Assembly (NCBI GenBank): GCA_965215195.1 | Contig: CBDCDC010000002.1 | Coordinates: 4,640,001 to 4,704,000, forward strand | Source: Candidatus Latescibacterota bacterium | GTDB taxonomy: Bacteria > Latescibacterota > UBA2968 > UBA8231 | Direction of reading: 5' to 3' | Length of the DNA stretch: 64,000 nt | In this document: piece after piece, positions 29,468 to 39,272 of the stretch | Numbering within the stretch: the stretch's first letter is position 1 | How the letters are laid out: each line of letters opens with the position of its first letter | The notes under the pieces: generated by a model | Databases searched by the model: none | What the model saw: the letters and a program-made list of their open reading frames with translations, nothing else | Told to the model about the DNA's origin: nothing | Made by a program: the position numbers and the translations under genes

Positions 29468-30606
29468 GCCTCTCCCGCCCCCACGAACCCGACCGCCAGT
29501 GGTTTAGCGCGGCCTTCCACGTGGAAAAAGCCGACTGTCCCATCGTCATCATCGACACGGACGCCGGCTTGCAGGGCATTGCCGAGCCTTCCACCTATGG
29601 CGACCCGCCGCTCATTCGCCAACAGCTCGACGCGCTCAAGCCCAATCTCATCGGCCGCGACCTGTTCGACCCGGACCTCGTGCCCAAACCCACCGGCGAC
29701 CGCCAGACGCACATTGCCCACGCCGGTCTCGAACTGGTGCTGTGGGATCTGCGCGCCAAGGCGCAAAACAAAAAAGTCTCCGAACTCATCGTCCCCCTCA
29801 TCACGCCCGACACCCCCGAGCGCAAACCGCGCCCCCGCCTGCGCCTCTATGCTTCGGGCGGCGTCCAGTACGACTGGGACGAGCGCCCCACATCGGTCGT
29901 CGATGAAGCACGCGCCCTCGCCGACCGGGGCTTCACCGCCTATAAGATGCGGCTGGGCACTGAGTGGTCGTGGTCGGGCGTCACCGTTGCGCAGATGATC
30001 GCCTTGTTGCGCGCGGTGACCGACGCAGTGGGCGAGCGCATGGAGCTAATGCTGGAAGGCAATTGCCGCCTCCACGAGGCACAGGCCCGCACCATCGGCC
30101 ACTTCCTCGACGAGGCGGGCTGGACTTGGTTTGAGGAGCCGCTGCCCAAGGACCAGATCGACGGCTACGCCCGCCTCAACGCCGAACTGGATCTGCCCAT
30201 CACCGGCGGCGAATCCAACACGACCCTCGACCAGTTTGAGCCGTTCTTCGCGCAAAAAGCGTACGCCAAGGGCCAGCTTGATGTCGGCGTCTGTAGCTTG
30301 GGCGAGGCCATCGGCATCTACCACCGCGCCAAAGAGCACGGCATTGAGCTTTTCACCCAGAACTGGCACAACGGCCTGTTGACCATGGCCAACGCCCACT
30401 TCCTCGCCGCCCTCCCCGAAGAGCATGTGCTGGAAATGTTCATCGGCCAAGGGCCGTTGCAATGGGACATCCTCAAAGACCCGCCCGCGACCGAAGGCTA
30501 CCTCGCCCTGCCCGACGCGCCCGGCTGGGGTGTGGAGCTAGCTGACGACCTCGAAACGCGCTTCCCCTACATCCCCGGGCCTTGGGGCCGCGCCGTGAAA
30601 CGCTGA
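29440..30606 (+). CDS. Mandelate racemase/muconate lactonizing enzyme family protein
   Basis: LWDLRAK, YASGG, KMR, WFEEP, ITGGE, PGWGVEL. Confidence 0.88.
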   Translation: MKITDLRTLCLSRPHEPDRQWFSAAFHVEKADCPIVIIDTDAGLQGIAEPSTYGDPPLIRQQLDALKPNLIGRDLFDPDLVPKPTGDRQTHIAHAGLELVLWDLRAKAQNKKVSELIVPLITPDTPERKPRPRLRLYASGGVQYDWDERPTSVVDEARALADRGFTAYKMRLGTEWSWSGVTVAQMIALLRAVTDAVGERMELMLEGNCRLHEAQARTIGHFLDEAGWTWFEEPLPKDQIDGYARLNAELDLPITGGESNTTLDQFEPFFAQKAYAKGQLDVGVCSLGEAIGIYHRAKEHGIELFTQNWHNGLLTMANAHFLAALPEEHVLEMFIGQGPLQWDILKDPPATEGYLALPDAPGWGVELADDLETRFPYIPGPWGRAVKR

Positions 30607-30607
30607 G

Positions 30608-30687
30608 GTGGCTTATCGAAAAGCCGTCCGGGCGACATCGTTTTCGATGTTGCTGAAAAGCGCATTCAAACTGCGTACCATCGGCCC
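30608..30687 (+). pseudogene. Collapsed remnant of an N4/N6 DNA methyltransferase; also forms a hairpin at 30632-30653
   Basis: Reads WLIEK / SRPGDIVFD-VAEKRIQ, i.e. S.PGD.V.D joined to a C-terminal A..RI motif. Confidence 0.4.
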
Positions 30688-31005
30688 TTATTGAGGATCT
30701 GACGATACAAAATCTACTGACAGCCGCAGACCCATACCGCGCAGGATGGCGGCTAAGGTATGGAGACGGGGATTGCCGCCCGCCGATAAGGTTCGATAGA
30801 TATTGGACCGATTCAAGCCAGTTTTCTCAGCCAGTTTTCTCAGCCCTCCTTGCGCCTCTGCTATATCCCGTAAAGCCAGCAAAAGCGCTCCGTCGTCGTT
30901 ATCGCTCTGATACTCCTCTAAGGCCACATCAATGTACGCTTTAGCCTTGACAGGATCGTTGAGTTCCTGCAAATGGAATTCCTTAAAGGTTCCTAATTTT
31001 CTCAC
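30688..31005 (-). CDS. Addiction module antidote protein (Cro/C1 HTH, HigA-like)
   Basis: AYIDVALEE..LLLALRDIAEAQGG..LAEKTGLNRSNIYRTLS.GGNP. Confidence 0.9.
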   Translation of the reverse strand: MRKLGTFKEFHLQELNDPVKAKAYIDVALEEYQSDNDDGALLLALRDIAEAQGGLRKLAEKTGLNRSNIYRTLSAGGNPRLHTLAAILRGMGLRLSVDFVSSDPQ

Positions 31006-31290
31006 GGCTCTGACTCCTTATACTCAGCCCAATACGCCTTGGCTTGCCTTATATCGTGCTGCTGGGTGGATTTATCTCCTGCCGTAAGCAGAATAAGCCG
31101 ATTTGCCAACTCCGCAAAATACACCCGGTATCCCGGCCCAAAGTCCAACCTAAGCTCGGCAACGCCTCGTCCTACCGGCTTACAGTCGCCTAAATTCCCA
31201 GCTTCGATGCGCCGGAGTCGGTTGCGAATGCGTACTTGAGTACGGACGTCTCGGATCGCCTTGTACCAGTTTGGTAAATGCTTGACAAGC
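31002..31290 (-). pseudogene. Addiction module killer (RelE/HigB-like) toxin lacking its N-terminus
   Basis: RLRRIEAGNLGDCKPVG.GVAELRLDFGPGYRVYF..GDKSTQ; no plausible start or N-terminal segment before WYKAIRD. Confidence 0.7.
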
Positions 31291-31311
31291 CCCCTCGACC
31301 CCTTGTAGAAT
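31282..31311 (+). promoter_or_regulatory. Sigma70-like promoter of the RraA-family gene
   Basis: TTGACA-N18-TAGAAT about 30 bp upstream of ATG 31341. Confidence 0.5.
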
Positions 31312-31340
31312 AGTCCGCCCTCATCACCTTTGGAGCCAAC

Positions 31341-32030
31341 ATGATCAAAGATCCCCCGCTGCTCACCGTCCGCCGCACCTTCCCCCGGCCCCCGGAAGCC
31401 ATCCTGCGCGCCCTCCGCAATGTGCCCACCGGCTTTATCGCCGACTGCATGAACGGCCGCGGCGCACTCGACTATCGCATCAAGCCGCTCGACCCCAACA
31501 ACTGCAAGCTGGTCGCGCCCATCGTCACCTGTCATCCGGGGCCGGGCGACAACCTCGCCGTGTTTGCCGCGCTCGAAATCGCGCAGCGCGGGGACGCGAT
31601 TTTCATTGCCACGGATACGTTCACCCGCACCGCGGTCGCCGGCGACATCATGCTAGCCATGGGGCGCAACCGAGGCATCGCCGGCTTTGTCACCGACGGC
31701 CTGATGCGCGACATCGACGGCATCCTGCCCGTCGGCCTGCCCGCCTTCTGCATGGGCATTACCCCGAACTCCTGCACCCGCAATGGGCCGGGTACTGCCG
31801 GTATGCCAGTGGTCATGGGCGGGACTTGCGTTGATGCGGGCGAGATCGTCGTCGCCGACCGCGACGGGGTGGTGGTCATCCCCCACGACCAGTTCGACCC
31901 TGTCGTGGAAACCTTGCCCAAAGTGCGCGAGGCCGAGGAAAACCTCACTCGCCGAGTCCGGCTGGGGCTGGACAATATCGAGGAAGTGCGCGCGCTGCTC
32001 GACTCCGACCGCACCGAGCACATCGACTAA
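31341..32030 (+). CDS. RraA family / HMG-CHA aldolase
   Basis: IADCM, GDNL, AVAGD, VTDGLMRD, IVVADRDGVVVIP. Confidence 0.88.
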   Translation: MIKDPPLLTVRRTFPRPPEAILRALRNVPTGFIADCMNGRGALDYRIKPLDPNNCKLVAPIVTCHPGPGDNLAVFAALEIAQRGDAIFIATDTFTRTAVAGDIMLAMGRNRGIAGFVTDGLMRDIDGILPVGLPAFCMGITPNSCTRNGPGTAGMPVVMGGTCVDAGEIVVADRDGVVVIPHDQFDPVVETLPKVREAEENLTRRVRLGLDNIEEVRALLDSDRTEHID

Positions 32031-34027
32031 TTTTCGCCGATCGCCAAGCTCGGCTGCTCGAGTGCCACCTCGGACAGCCGCCCTCCCTCCAGCTCTTCTA
32101 CGGTGCCGTCGGCTAGGCCATAGAGCCGCACCAATCCCGCACCCTCCCAAGCCGCTGGGATCGCAGCCCCGGCAACCGCTGGCAACAGCAGGGCCAGTGT
32201 GCGGTTCGGTCCCCGGAGCAGCCGCACGGTCGCGCCATCGCCCTCCACGCTAGTGGCCGCAAAGGGCGCGTGAAAGTGCTGTAGCAGCGCATTGAGGCAG
32301 CGCAGGACGCCAAAGGCGGGCCGGGGGTTGCACAGGGGATCCAGCAGGCCTTGGCCCACATCCATGGTGCGGTCAAGGTCGATAAAAGGCTCGACAAAGA
32401 GCCGCGCCCGCGGCAGCAGTGCCGTTGCAAAGAGCGCCTCCGCGGCCCGCACTGCATCCTCTTGGTCGCTTTGCCCGGGCAACTCAAAGAGCAAATCCAG
32501 CCGGCCCATCGTGGCCAAGGCACTTACCTCGCGCCAAGCCAAGGCATCTTCCCAAGGGGCCGCTGCGTCCAGTCGGCACAGGGCCGCTTCTATCCAAGTA
32601 TCAGCGTCTTGCAAGCGACGGTCGAGTTGGGCCATTTCCTCGGGCCGGTAGCCGATCCGGGTGCGCGGGTGCTGCTTGCCGGCCATCTGCTGGCCGGGGA
32701 TCACCGGGGCCAAGGACAGCCGCAGATTGCGGTGGTAGCTCTTGAACAAATACAGACACGACGAAGAAGGCCAAGGCCCGCCCGGCGTCTGGATCTCCCA
32801 AGTATCCACTTGGTCGCGGCGACGTTCCAGAATGGACTCGTAAGGCGTATCCTCGTCGTCGAGAATGGTCGCCTGCACTTGGACGCCTTGGCGGCGCAAA
32901 AAGCGCAGGCGGTCGCCGGACTGGTCCAAGTCGGTCCAAGGGCAGCGCAGGGTCTGTGCGCCTAGCTCCAGACAGGCCAGTAGGGGATAGTCGTTGCGCA
33001 CCGGCTGGCGCACCACCGAGGGAAAGGTTATGGGGACTTGCGCTGCCCAGCTCAGCGGGTGGGTTGCGGTCAGTCCCAACGGGGCCCCGCCCAAGTCGGC
33101 GGTTGCCGGGGTGAGCAGCCGCCGCGCTCTGGGTGCCCCGGCCGTGCGGATCAGGTGGATGTCGAGTCGGTTGTGGCGCAAGCGGCACAGGTAGAAACCC
33201 AACTTGGGCTGGTCGTCGCGGCCCTGCTCGGATGGTGGTGGGCCGCTGAACAAGTGGCTAAAACCGGGCCGCGTAAAAGAAGTGGAGGGGACGGTGCGAT
33301 AGTCCAAGGCGCCCGCCGAGTCGCAAAAGGCAAAATGCACGTGGGCCGCAAAGAGCCAAGCCACCCGGTGGGCGGCCAACAATTTTAGCAGCCAAGCGCG
33401 GGCTGGTTCGCCGATGTTGTCGTAGTGGCCCAGATGCGGCTCGGCCGGGTTGTGCAGATAGGGCGGCAGGTGCAAAAACACGGCCATGCGCATCCCGGCG
33501 TGCGCGGCCAAGTCGGCTTCTAACCAAGCCCTTTGCTCTTCCTCGGCCGGCAGGCCGGTGTTCAGAATCTGGCTGTTGAGCACGACTAAGTGCAGGTCGC
33601 AATGGTCAAAGCTGTACCAAGATGGGCCAAAGCGCTGGTGGTATGCGGCCAGCCCCTCGGCGGTGACCGGATGGGTCGGCATGGTGGGGTCGGGTTTGTC
33701 GCCCACGTCGTGGTTGCCCGCCACCCAGCGCGGCTGTACGCCGCAGGCGGCCATCTGCGCTAGGGCTTGGTCCAAGGCCGGGCCAAAGCCCGCGCTTCCG
33801 GGGTACTCCTGCACGACATCGCCCATGTGGACGACAAAATCCGGCGCTAAGGCGGCCACCGAGCGCAACGCCGCAGCCACTCGTCGGCTCTGTTGGGCGC
33901 GGGAGGGAAACTCGTCCATCCCAACGCCCCCTTCTAGCGCATAGTGGGTATCGGCGATGACGACGAACTCGCCTAGGGCCTCGGGCAATAGGGTGCGGTC
34001 GAACAGGGTGGGCACAGCGTTATCCAA
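32027..34027 (-). CDS. Calcineurin-like metallophosphoesterase with long C-terminal region
   Basis: ADTH, HMGDVV, GNHD, AHVH motifs. Confidence 0.8.
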   Translation of the reverse strand: MDNAVPTLFDRTLLPEALGEFVVIADTHYALEGGVGMDEFPSRAQQSRRVAAALRSVAALAPDFVVHMGDVVQEYPGSAGFGPALDQALAQMAACGVQPRWVAGNHDVGDKPDPTMPTHPVTAEGLAAYHQRFGPSWYSFDHCDLHLVVLNSQILNTGLPAEEEQRAWLEADLAAHAGMRMAVFLHLPPYLHNPAEPHLGHYDNIGEPARAWLLKLLAAHRVAWLFAAHVHFAFCDSAGALDYRTVPSTSFTRPGFSHLFSGPPPSEQGRDDQPKLGFYLCRLRHNRLDIHLIRTAGAPRARRLLTPATADLGGAPLGLTATHPLSWAAQVPITFPSVVRQPVRNDYPLLACLELGAQTLRCPWTDLDQSGDRLRFLRRQGVQVQATILDDEDTPYESILERRRDQVDTWEIQTPGGPWPSSSCLYLFKSYHRNLRLSLAPVIPGQQMAGKQHPRTRIGYRPEEMAQLDRRLQDADTWIEAALCRLDAAAPWEDALAWREVSALATMGRLDLLFELPGQSDQEDAVRAAEALFATALLPRARLFVEPFIDLDRTMDVGQGLLDPLCNPRPAFGVLRCLNALLQHFHAPFAATSVEGDGATVRLLRGPNRTLALLLPAVAGAAIPAAWEGAGLVRLYGLADGTVEELEGGRLSEVALEQPSLAIGEN

Positions 34028-35771
34028 CCGGGCGCAAATTGAGCAACACCAGCAGCCAAGAACGCGCCCAATACGAAGTGTTCATATAGGGATCTTCCGC
34101 CGAAGGCCACCCGGTCCAGTACGTCTCGTTGACTGGGATCCGGTGCGGCCACTGCACAATTGGAATCGCCGGCAGCTCGGCAAGCCAGAGCGCCATTGCC
34201 CGCCGGTAAATCGCCATCATCGCGGGATCGTCGTTGGGCGTCTGCGCCATGCGATCGACTAGCGAGTCGAACTCGGCGTTCTGCCAGCGCCAGTAGTGCT
34301 CGGCCGTCTCACCTGTCGGCTTAGCGAAACGGCTGTGGTAGTGGCTCAGCACTTGGTAGGGATCGCGCATTGAGCTCAAGTTGCCAAACATAAAAGCGCG
34401 CGCCTCGCCTTGGGCCACCCGCGAAATGTAGTCCGCAGTCATGCGGAACGAGGCATCGAAACCCGCCGCTTGGAGCTGGGCGACCAAAACCGGCGTCAGG
34501 TCTTGAAAATGCGCGAAGATATCGATGACGAGCGAAAATGTCTCGCCGTCCTTCTCCCATAAGTCATCCGGTCCCCGCATCCACCCCTTGCCCGACATGA
34601 TCGCGGCCGTGCGCGCAGTGTCGTGGACGCCGATCTCGTATCGGGCCACTAGATCTGCCGCGGCGGCAAAATAGGGCTGCATCTGCGGCACGTCCGGCAG
34701 CGGCAACAGCGCGTAGTCGCCCGAGTTCTGCCAGCCGATCTCGACCAGTTGTTCGCGATTGATGGCGAAGTTGATCGCCCGTCGGATCTCGGGATCGTCG
34801 AAAGGGGCCTCCATATTGTTAAAGCCCAAGGTAATCGCCCACGGCGTCATGTAGCTGTAGGGCGGCTCGCGCCCCGTCCAAGTGCTCATTTTGTCGTGTT
34901 GTGCGAGCAAGGTGATGATGTTGGATGGCCGGAGTTCCAAACAGGTGTCGAGCTTATTGGCCAGCAGGTTCTGCACCCGCTGGTGCTCTTCCATATAGGG
35001 CAGAAAGATCAACCGCTCAACTTGGGGCAGCGCGTGGAAGCCGGTCTTGGCCGCCCACCAGTCCGGGCGCAGATCCCAGATTCGCTGCGCTGGCTCCGAC
35101 AGCGCAATGCGATACGGCCCGGTGACCACCGGCCAACCGCTGGCCAGATCGTAATTGGCAAACCGCAAGGGATCCCGACCCTCCCAGATGTGTTTGGGGA
35201 CGATGGGTACGCCGTTGCCGTGGTTGTGGGTGAAATAACTGAAGAGAAAGCGCGGGTTAGGCGATTTGAGGACGATTTTTGCCGTCAGGCTGTCGATTGC
35301 CACCGCCTCTTGGACCCAAGTTTCCATATCGGTGGAGAACACCAGTTGCGGCGCGTGTTCTTTGAGCATGTTGACCGTAAAGACAAAGTCGTGCGCCGTC
35401 CACGGCTGCCCGTCGCTCCACTCCACGCCCGGGCGTATATCCACCGCGACTTGAGTGTAGTCCGCGTTGAACCGGTGTCCGGTGGCGATCCACGGCAGCG
35501 GTTCGGCGTCGGCCTTATAGCCATTGAAGAAGTAGAGCGGCTCGTAGAGGAATTGATAGCCGATCCGCGAGATCCCGCCCGGCACGAAGGGGTTGAAGGT
35601 GTTGTAGTCTTGGATCTGGCCGCCGCAGGTGTTGCTCTCGGCGCAATCGACGATCAGCGTGCGGTTGCGCGGCACTTGCTGCAAACCGTCCGTCGCCTGT
35701 TCGCCGCAGGCTATTAGCACCGCGCTGCAGAGGAACGCCCAGTGCCCAGCGGCCCTAGACCATTTTTCCAT
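34020..35771 (-). CDS. ABC transporter substrate-binding lipoprotein, family 5 (oligopeptide/oligosaccharide)
   Basis: Lipobox LIAC; YEPL, WSDGQPWTAHD, GPY, FDDPEIRRAI.FAINRE. Confidence 0.88.
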   Translation of the reverse strand: MEKWSRAAGHWAFLCSAVLIACGEQATDGLQQVPRNRTLIVDCAESNTCGGQIQDYNTFNPFVPGGISRIGYQFLYEPLYFFNGYKADAEPLPWIATGHRFNADYTQVAVDIRPGVEWSDGQPWTAHDFVFTVNMLKEHAPQLVFSTDMETWVQEAVAIDSLTAKIVLKSPNPRFLFSYFTHNHGNGVPIVPKHIWEGRDPLRFANYDLASGWPVVTGPYRIALSEPAQRIWDLRPDWWAAKTGFHALPQVERLIFLPYMEEHQRVQNLLANKLDTCLELRPSNIITLLAQHDKMSTWTGREPPYSYMTPWAITLGFNNMEAPFDDPEIRRAINFAINREQLVEIGWQNSGDYALLPLPDVPQMQPYFAAAADLVARYEIGVHDTARTAAIMSGKGWMRGPDDLWEKDGETFSLVIDIFAHFQDLTPVLVAQLQAAGFDASFRMTADYISRVAQGEARAFMFGNLSSMRDPYQVLSHYHSRFAKPTGETAEHYWRWQNAEFDSLVDRMAQTPNDDPAMMAIYRRAMALWLAELPAIPIVQWPHRIPVNETYWTGWPSAEDPYMNTSYWARSWLLVLLNLRPVG

Positions 35772-36074
35772 ATTCGCCGTACTTTCTTCCGCGTCCAACG
35801 TTTAGGTAATTGACGTTACGCAGCTAGTGGTTCGTTGTGGTTGTCACTCCGCCGCCCTGATAGATGTCAGCGCCCGTGAAGCCTGCTTGCGCAGGAATGA
35901 CCCATTACGCACTACGAGCAGTTTTTTAGCAAAGTGCATAACGTCAGTTGGGTAACATAACGCGCGGAGTTCTCCGTTGTCCACATCCGCTCCCGCGCCG
36001 TCCCTTGAGCGAGCGGGCCATGTGCGCTAATATGGAGAGTGTGCCTGCCCACCCTCACGCCCCGAGGTGACGCC

Positions 36075-36521
36075 ATGAACGCCCTACTCCCCTTCGCCCT
36101 ATTGTCGCTCGCCGCTTGCTCCGACCCTTGCGCCGAAGCCATCGACCAAGCCTTCCTCGACCGCGAGGCCGCCAAAGAAGGGGCCGTGCGCACCGAATCC
36201 GGCCTCATCTATCAGCAGCTAAAGGCCGGTTACGGCCCCCAACCCGGGCCTAAAGCCCGCGTCACCGTCCACTACAAGGGCATGTTTGCCGACGGCAAGG
36301 TCTTCGACAGCTCGTACGAACGGGGCCGCCCCAGTACGCTGTCGCTCAAAAGGGTCATCCCTGGCTGGACCGAGGGTTTGCAGATGATGAAGGGCGGCGG
36401 TCAGGCGCGGCTGGTGCTCCCGCCGGAGTTGGCCTACGGCAAAAAGGGCAAGCCCGGCAGCATTCCCCCGTGCGCGACCTTAATTTTTGAAATTGAGCTA
36501 TACGAGATAAAAGGGAGTTGA
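36075..36521 (+). CDS. FKBP-type peptidyl-prolyl isomerase lipoprotein
   Basis: LAAC lipobox; TESGL, VHYKG..DG.VFDSSY, VIPGWTEGL, LAYG, IPP..TLIFEIEL. Confidence 0.92.
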   Translation: MNALLPFALLSLAACSDPCAEAIDQAFLDREAAKEGAVRTESGLIYQQLKAGYGPQPGPKARVTVHYKGMFADGKVFDSSYERGRPSTLSLKRVIPGWTEGLQMMKGGGQARLVLPPELAYGKKGKPGSIPPCATLIFEIELYEIKGS

Positions 36522-36525
36522 ATCC

Positions 36526-37389
36526 ATGAGTACGCTACCGCGCCGCAAGATGGGGCGCACTGGCATGCAGCCCCGGGCGCTCGGCATGGGCGCAGCCTTT
36601 GTCAGCCACGTCGCCGAGGCCGAGACCATCGCCACCATTGAACGCGCCCTCGATCTAGGCATAGACTACTTCGACAGCTATGCTGGCCGCAACGAGGACC
36701 GCTGGGGCAAGGCACTCGCTGGCGTCGAGCGGTCGAGCTATTACATGCAGGCCAAGGTCGGCCCGCACCCGGAGCGTCCGAAAGACTTTTCGGCGGCCGC
36801 CACGCGCTGGAGCGTCGAACAAAGCCTGCAATCGCTCCGCGTCGATTACCTCGACGCCGTGCTGGTCCACGATCCACCCGACATCGCCGACCCGTTGGGC
36901 ACTGGTCGCGCCTTTGACGAGCTGCAAAAAATGAAGGAAGAGGGTTTGGTGCGCCACATTGGTTTGGGGGTTCGCGAGCACGAATTCCACCGCGCCGCCA
37001 TCGAAGCCGGCCACGCCGAGATCGTCCTCACCTTCCTCGACTACACGCTCCTCGACCAGTCCGTCGCCCGCACCACCATGCCCTTGGCCAAAAAGCACGG
37101 CACCGGCCTGATCTTGGCCAGCGTCTTTGGCATGGGTCGCTTGACCGGCGTTGAGCCAAACCGCGTCGCCGAGCCACGCGCTCACGCCATGTGGCAGTGG
37201 TGCCAAGAGCAAGATGTAGAGATCAAGCACTTGGCCATGCAGTTCTGCCTCGACGCGCCCATCAACGGCATTGTCATGAGCGGCCCCGCCGACCGCCATC
37301 AGCTTCAGGACGCGTACGACGCGGCGACTCGGGAAGTGCCCGCCGAAATTTGGGCCGAGTTTGAGGAGACGTTCGGGGTTGGGGTCTAA
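36526..37389 (+). CDS. Aldo/keto reductase
   Basis: RRKMGRTG, GIDYFD, SL..LRVDYLD, HD, EGLVRHIG. Confidence 0.88.
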   Translation: MSTLPRRKMGRTGMQPRALGMGAAFVSHVAEAETIATIERALDLGIDYFDSYAGRNEDRWGKALAGVERSSYYMQAKVGPHPERPKDFSAAATRWSVEQSLQSLRVDYLDAVLVHDPPDIADPLGTGRAFDELQKMKEEGLVRHIGLGVREHEFHRAAIEAGHAEIVLTFLDYTLLDQSVARTTMPLAKKHGTGLILASVFGMGRLTGVEPNRVAEPRAHAMWQWCQEQDVEIKHLAMQFCLDAPINGIVMSGPADRHQLQDAYDAATREVPAEIWAEFEETFGVGV

Positions 37390-37403
37390 TTATGGAGTAG
37401 AAC

Positions 37404-38168
37404 ATGGATTTCTCATTACCTGAAGGTCGCAGTTACTTTGCAACTGTCGCAGATTCGTATGATCGGCTCCAGCCAGTCCTAAGTCCACCTTACAACAAGG
37501 GCTTGGACATGATTGTGGATCTGATCCCCTTCGATCTCGATGATTCATTCGAGTTTGTGGAACTCGGCTGTGGCACGGCAGAGCCGACTGCGCGCGTGTT
37601 GGAACACTTTTGCCACGCCACTGGCACCTGCATAGACAGCGAACCGGACATGCTTGTGCTCGCTAGGCGGAAACTGACGCCATATTCAGGTCGAATTGAG
37701 GTACGGGAAGCGAACATAATTAGTTGCGATATCCCGCACTGTGACGTGGTGTTCTCGTCCAAGACCATTCATCACGTTCCGCCGGCCGATTTGCCCGAAC
37801 TTTTTGCCCGGATTGTGGATGCACTCCGGCCGGGCGGTTGCTTCGTCCTGTACGACGCCATGTCGGTCGGCCCCCGTTGGGGAGCAAGTGTTCGGCGGCA
37901 GTCATTGTGCTTCCGCCAGCGCCATCTCCAAAACGCAGTTGCTGCCGGGATAGCTAGTTGGCAAGAGATTGATGCTAGGGTGGAGTACAAGCGAGCGATG
38001 AAAGCCGCTGGGAAGGATGTCGAATACGAACATAGTGCCGAGAACATGATCGACGCCCTGAGCGAGGCCGGGTTTGATGAAGTTGCTGTCGTCTGGCGCA
38101 TGTTTGCCGACGCGATCCTGCTGGCTTTCACCCTATCTCCGGTTTCCTCGCCTACGGAGCGCAACTGA
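37404..38168 (+). CDS. Class I SAM-dependent methyltransferase
   Basis: VELGCGT motif I, HHV, LRPGG. Confidence 0.85.
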   Translation: MDFSLPEGRSYFATVADSYDRLQPVLSPPYNKGLDMIVDLIPFDLDDSFEFVELGCGTAEPTARVLEHFCHATGTCIDSEPDMLVLARRKLTPYSGRIEVREANIISCDIPHCDVVFSSKTIHHVPPADLPELFARIVDALRPGGCFVLYDAMSVGPRWGASVRRQSLCFRQRHLQNAVAAGIASWQEIDARVEYKRAMKAAGKDVEYEHSAENMIDALSEAGFDEVAVVWRMFADAILLAFTLSPVSSPTERN

Positions 38169-38172
38169 TTAA

Positions 38173-38772
38173 ATGAGTACGTGGCGTGAATTGACATTTC
38201 CGACCAATTCCTTAAAGGACGCGGTACTCGTTATCGAGGATGAACGTGCGAACGTACTCGCCGATCCACTTCGCTGGCGCATCCTCGAAGTCCTTGGAGA
38301 CGGGAAGTCGGTTGCGGAAATTGCGCAGACCTTGGACGTTACCGATGCTCGGGTGCTATACCACTTGCAACGACTGGTGCAAACGGGTGTCGTACATTGG
38401 GAGGAAGATGGAGCAGAGCCCCAAGGATGGCGTTGTTTGCCAGCAGTAGGTGCGATTCGCGTTCGAGAGAGCCTTGCGGCGAATGACCAAATTGCGGAGG
38501 CCATGCCAACGGATGTCGTAAGCCAGTTCAATCAAGCATTGCGCGAAGCGGCCGAGGGTTTATATGGTTCGACCTTCCAGCAATCCGTCAATCACAATCG
38601 CGCACGACTTTCCGCAGAACAGGCCGCCGAATTTAGTCGTCGATTATTGGTGCTTATAGAAGAATACTTTCCCCCGGGGAAAGGGGATCGACAGGGCATC
38701 AAATACGGTTTCTACGGGATTCTCACGCCGATTGATCTCCATCCACTTGGGGACTCTGAAAGCGGGGAGTAG
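38173..38772 (+). CDS. ArsR-like winged-helix transcriptional regulator
   Basis: LADPLRWRIL..SVAEIA...YHLQRL..GVV. Confidence 0.8.
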   Translation: MSTWRELTFPTNSLKDAVLVIEDERANVLADPLRWRILEVLGDGKSVAEIAQTLDVTDARVLYHLQRLVQTGVVHWEEDGAEPQGWRCLPAVGAIRVRESLAANDQIAEAMPTDVVSQFNQALREAAEGLYGSTFQQSVNHNRARLSAEQAAEFSRRLLVLIEEYFPPGKGDRQGIKYGFYGILTPIDLHPLGDSESGE

Positions 38773-38790
38773 CTGTTAGGAGACTCACGA
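38771..38790 (+). repeat. Direct repeat 4a (partner 39273-39292)
   Basis: AGCTGTTAGGAGACTCACGA vs AGCTGTTAGGAGGCTCGCGA, 18/20. Confidence 0.7.
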
Positions 38791-38865
38791 AACGCTGCAT
38801 CGAAGCATTTCCCCCGCCATGTCTTTTGTTTATTGACAACGGTTGATGTATTAGCGATTTGACGC

Positions 38866-39116
38866 ATGATCAAATCCTTTAAGGACAAGGAAACAGAGAA
38901 GATTTTTCCAAATTGCCGCAGAATATTCAACGAGTAGCTACACGCAAGCTCGAACAACTCAACGCTGCCACGGTCTTTGACACCTTGCGTGTACCGCCTA
39001 ACAACCGGCTCGAAGCGTTGACCGGTGATCGACAAGGGCAGCACAGCATTCGTGTGAACGACCAGTGGCGTGTGTGCTTTGTGTGGCGCGACGATAATGT
39101 TTTTGAGAAGCAATGA
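38866..39116 (+). pseudogene. higB: HigB (plasmid maintenance killer) toxin, frameshifted and truncated
   Basis: MIKSFKDKETEKIF, frame change, then LPQNIQRVATRKL..LRVPPNNRLEAL.GDRQGQHSIRVNDQWRVCF; terminal VEIVDYH-type motif absent. Confidence 0.8.
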
Positions 39117-39205
39117 CCAAGCGCGACTTTTCGCCAATCCATCCGGGTGAGGTTCTATTTTTGGCTGACAGGCTGAATCAAGAAGTTCGGATGCACACGG
39201 CCTAA
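39113..39205 (+). pseudogene. higA: HigA antitoxin remnant, HTH deleted
   Basis: 30-aa ORF MTKRDFSPIHPGEVLF-LADRLNQEVRMHTA retains only the HPGE N-terminus and a C-terminal tail. Confidence 0.75.
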
Positions 39206-39272
39206 GAAGCGGTCTGAAAACTCTTGGCGGTCTTCGCGTAGATGATGTATTAGGACGAAACGACAACCTGCA

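Noticed and set aside
35875-35965. CCTGCTTGCGCAGGAATGAC REP-like half site and GCATAAC..GTTGGG attC-like words
   Set aside because: Single degenerate occurrences; no complete paired structure
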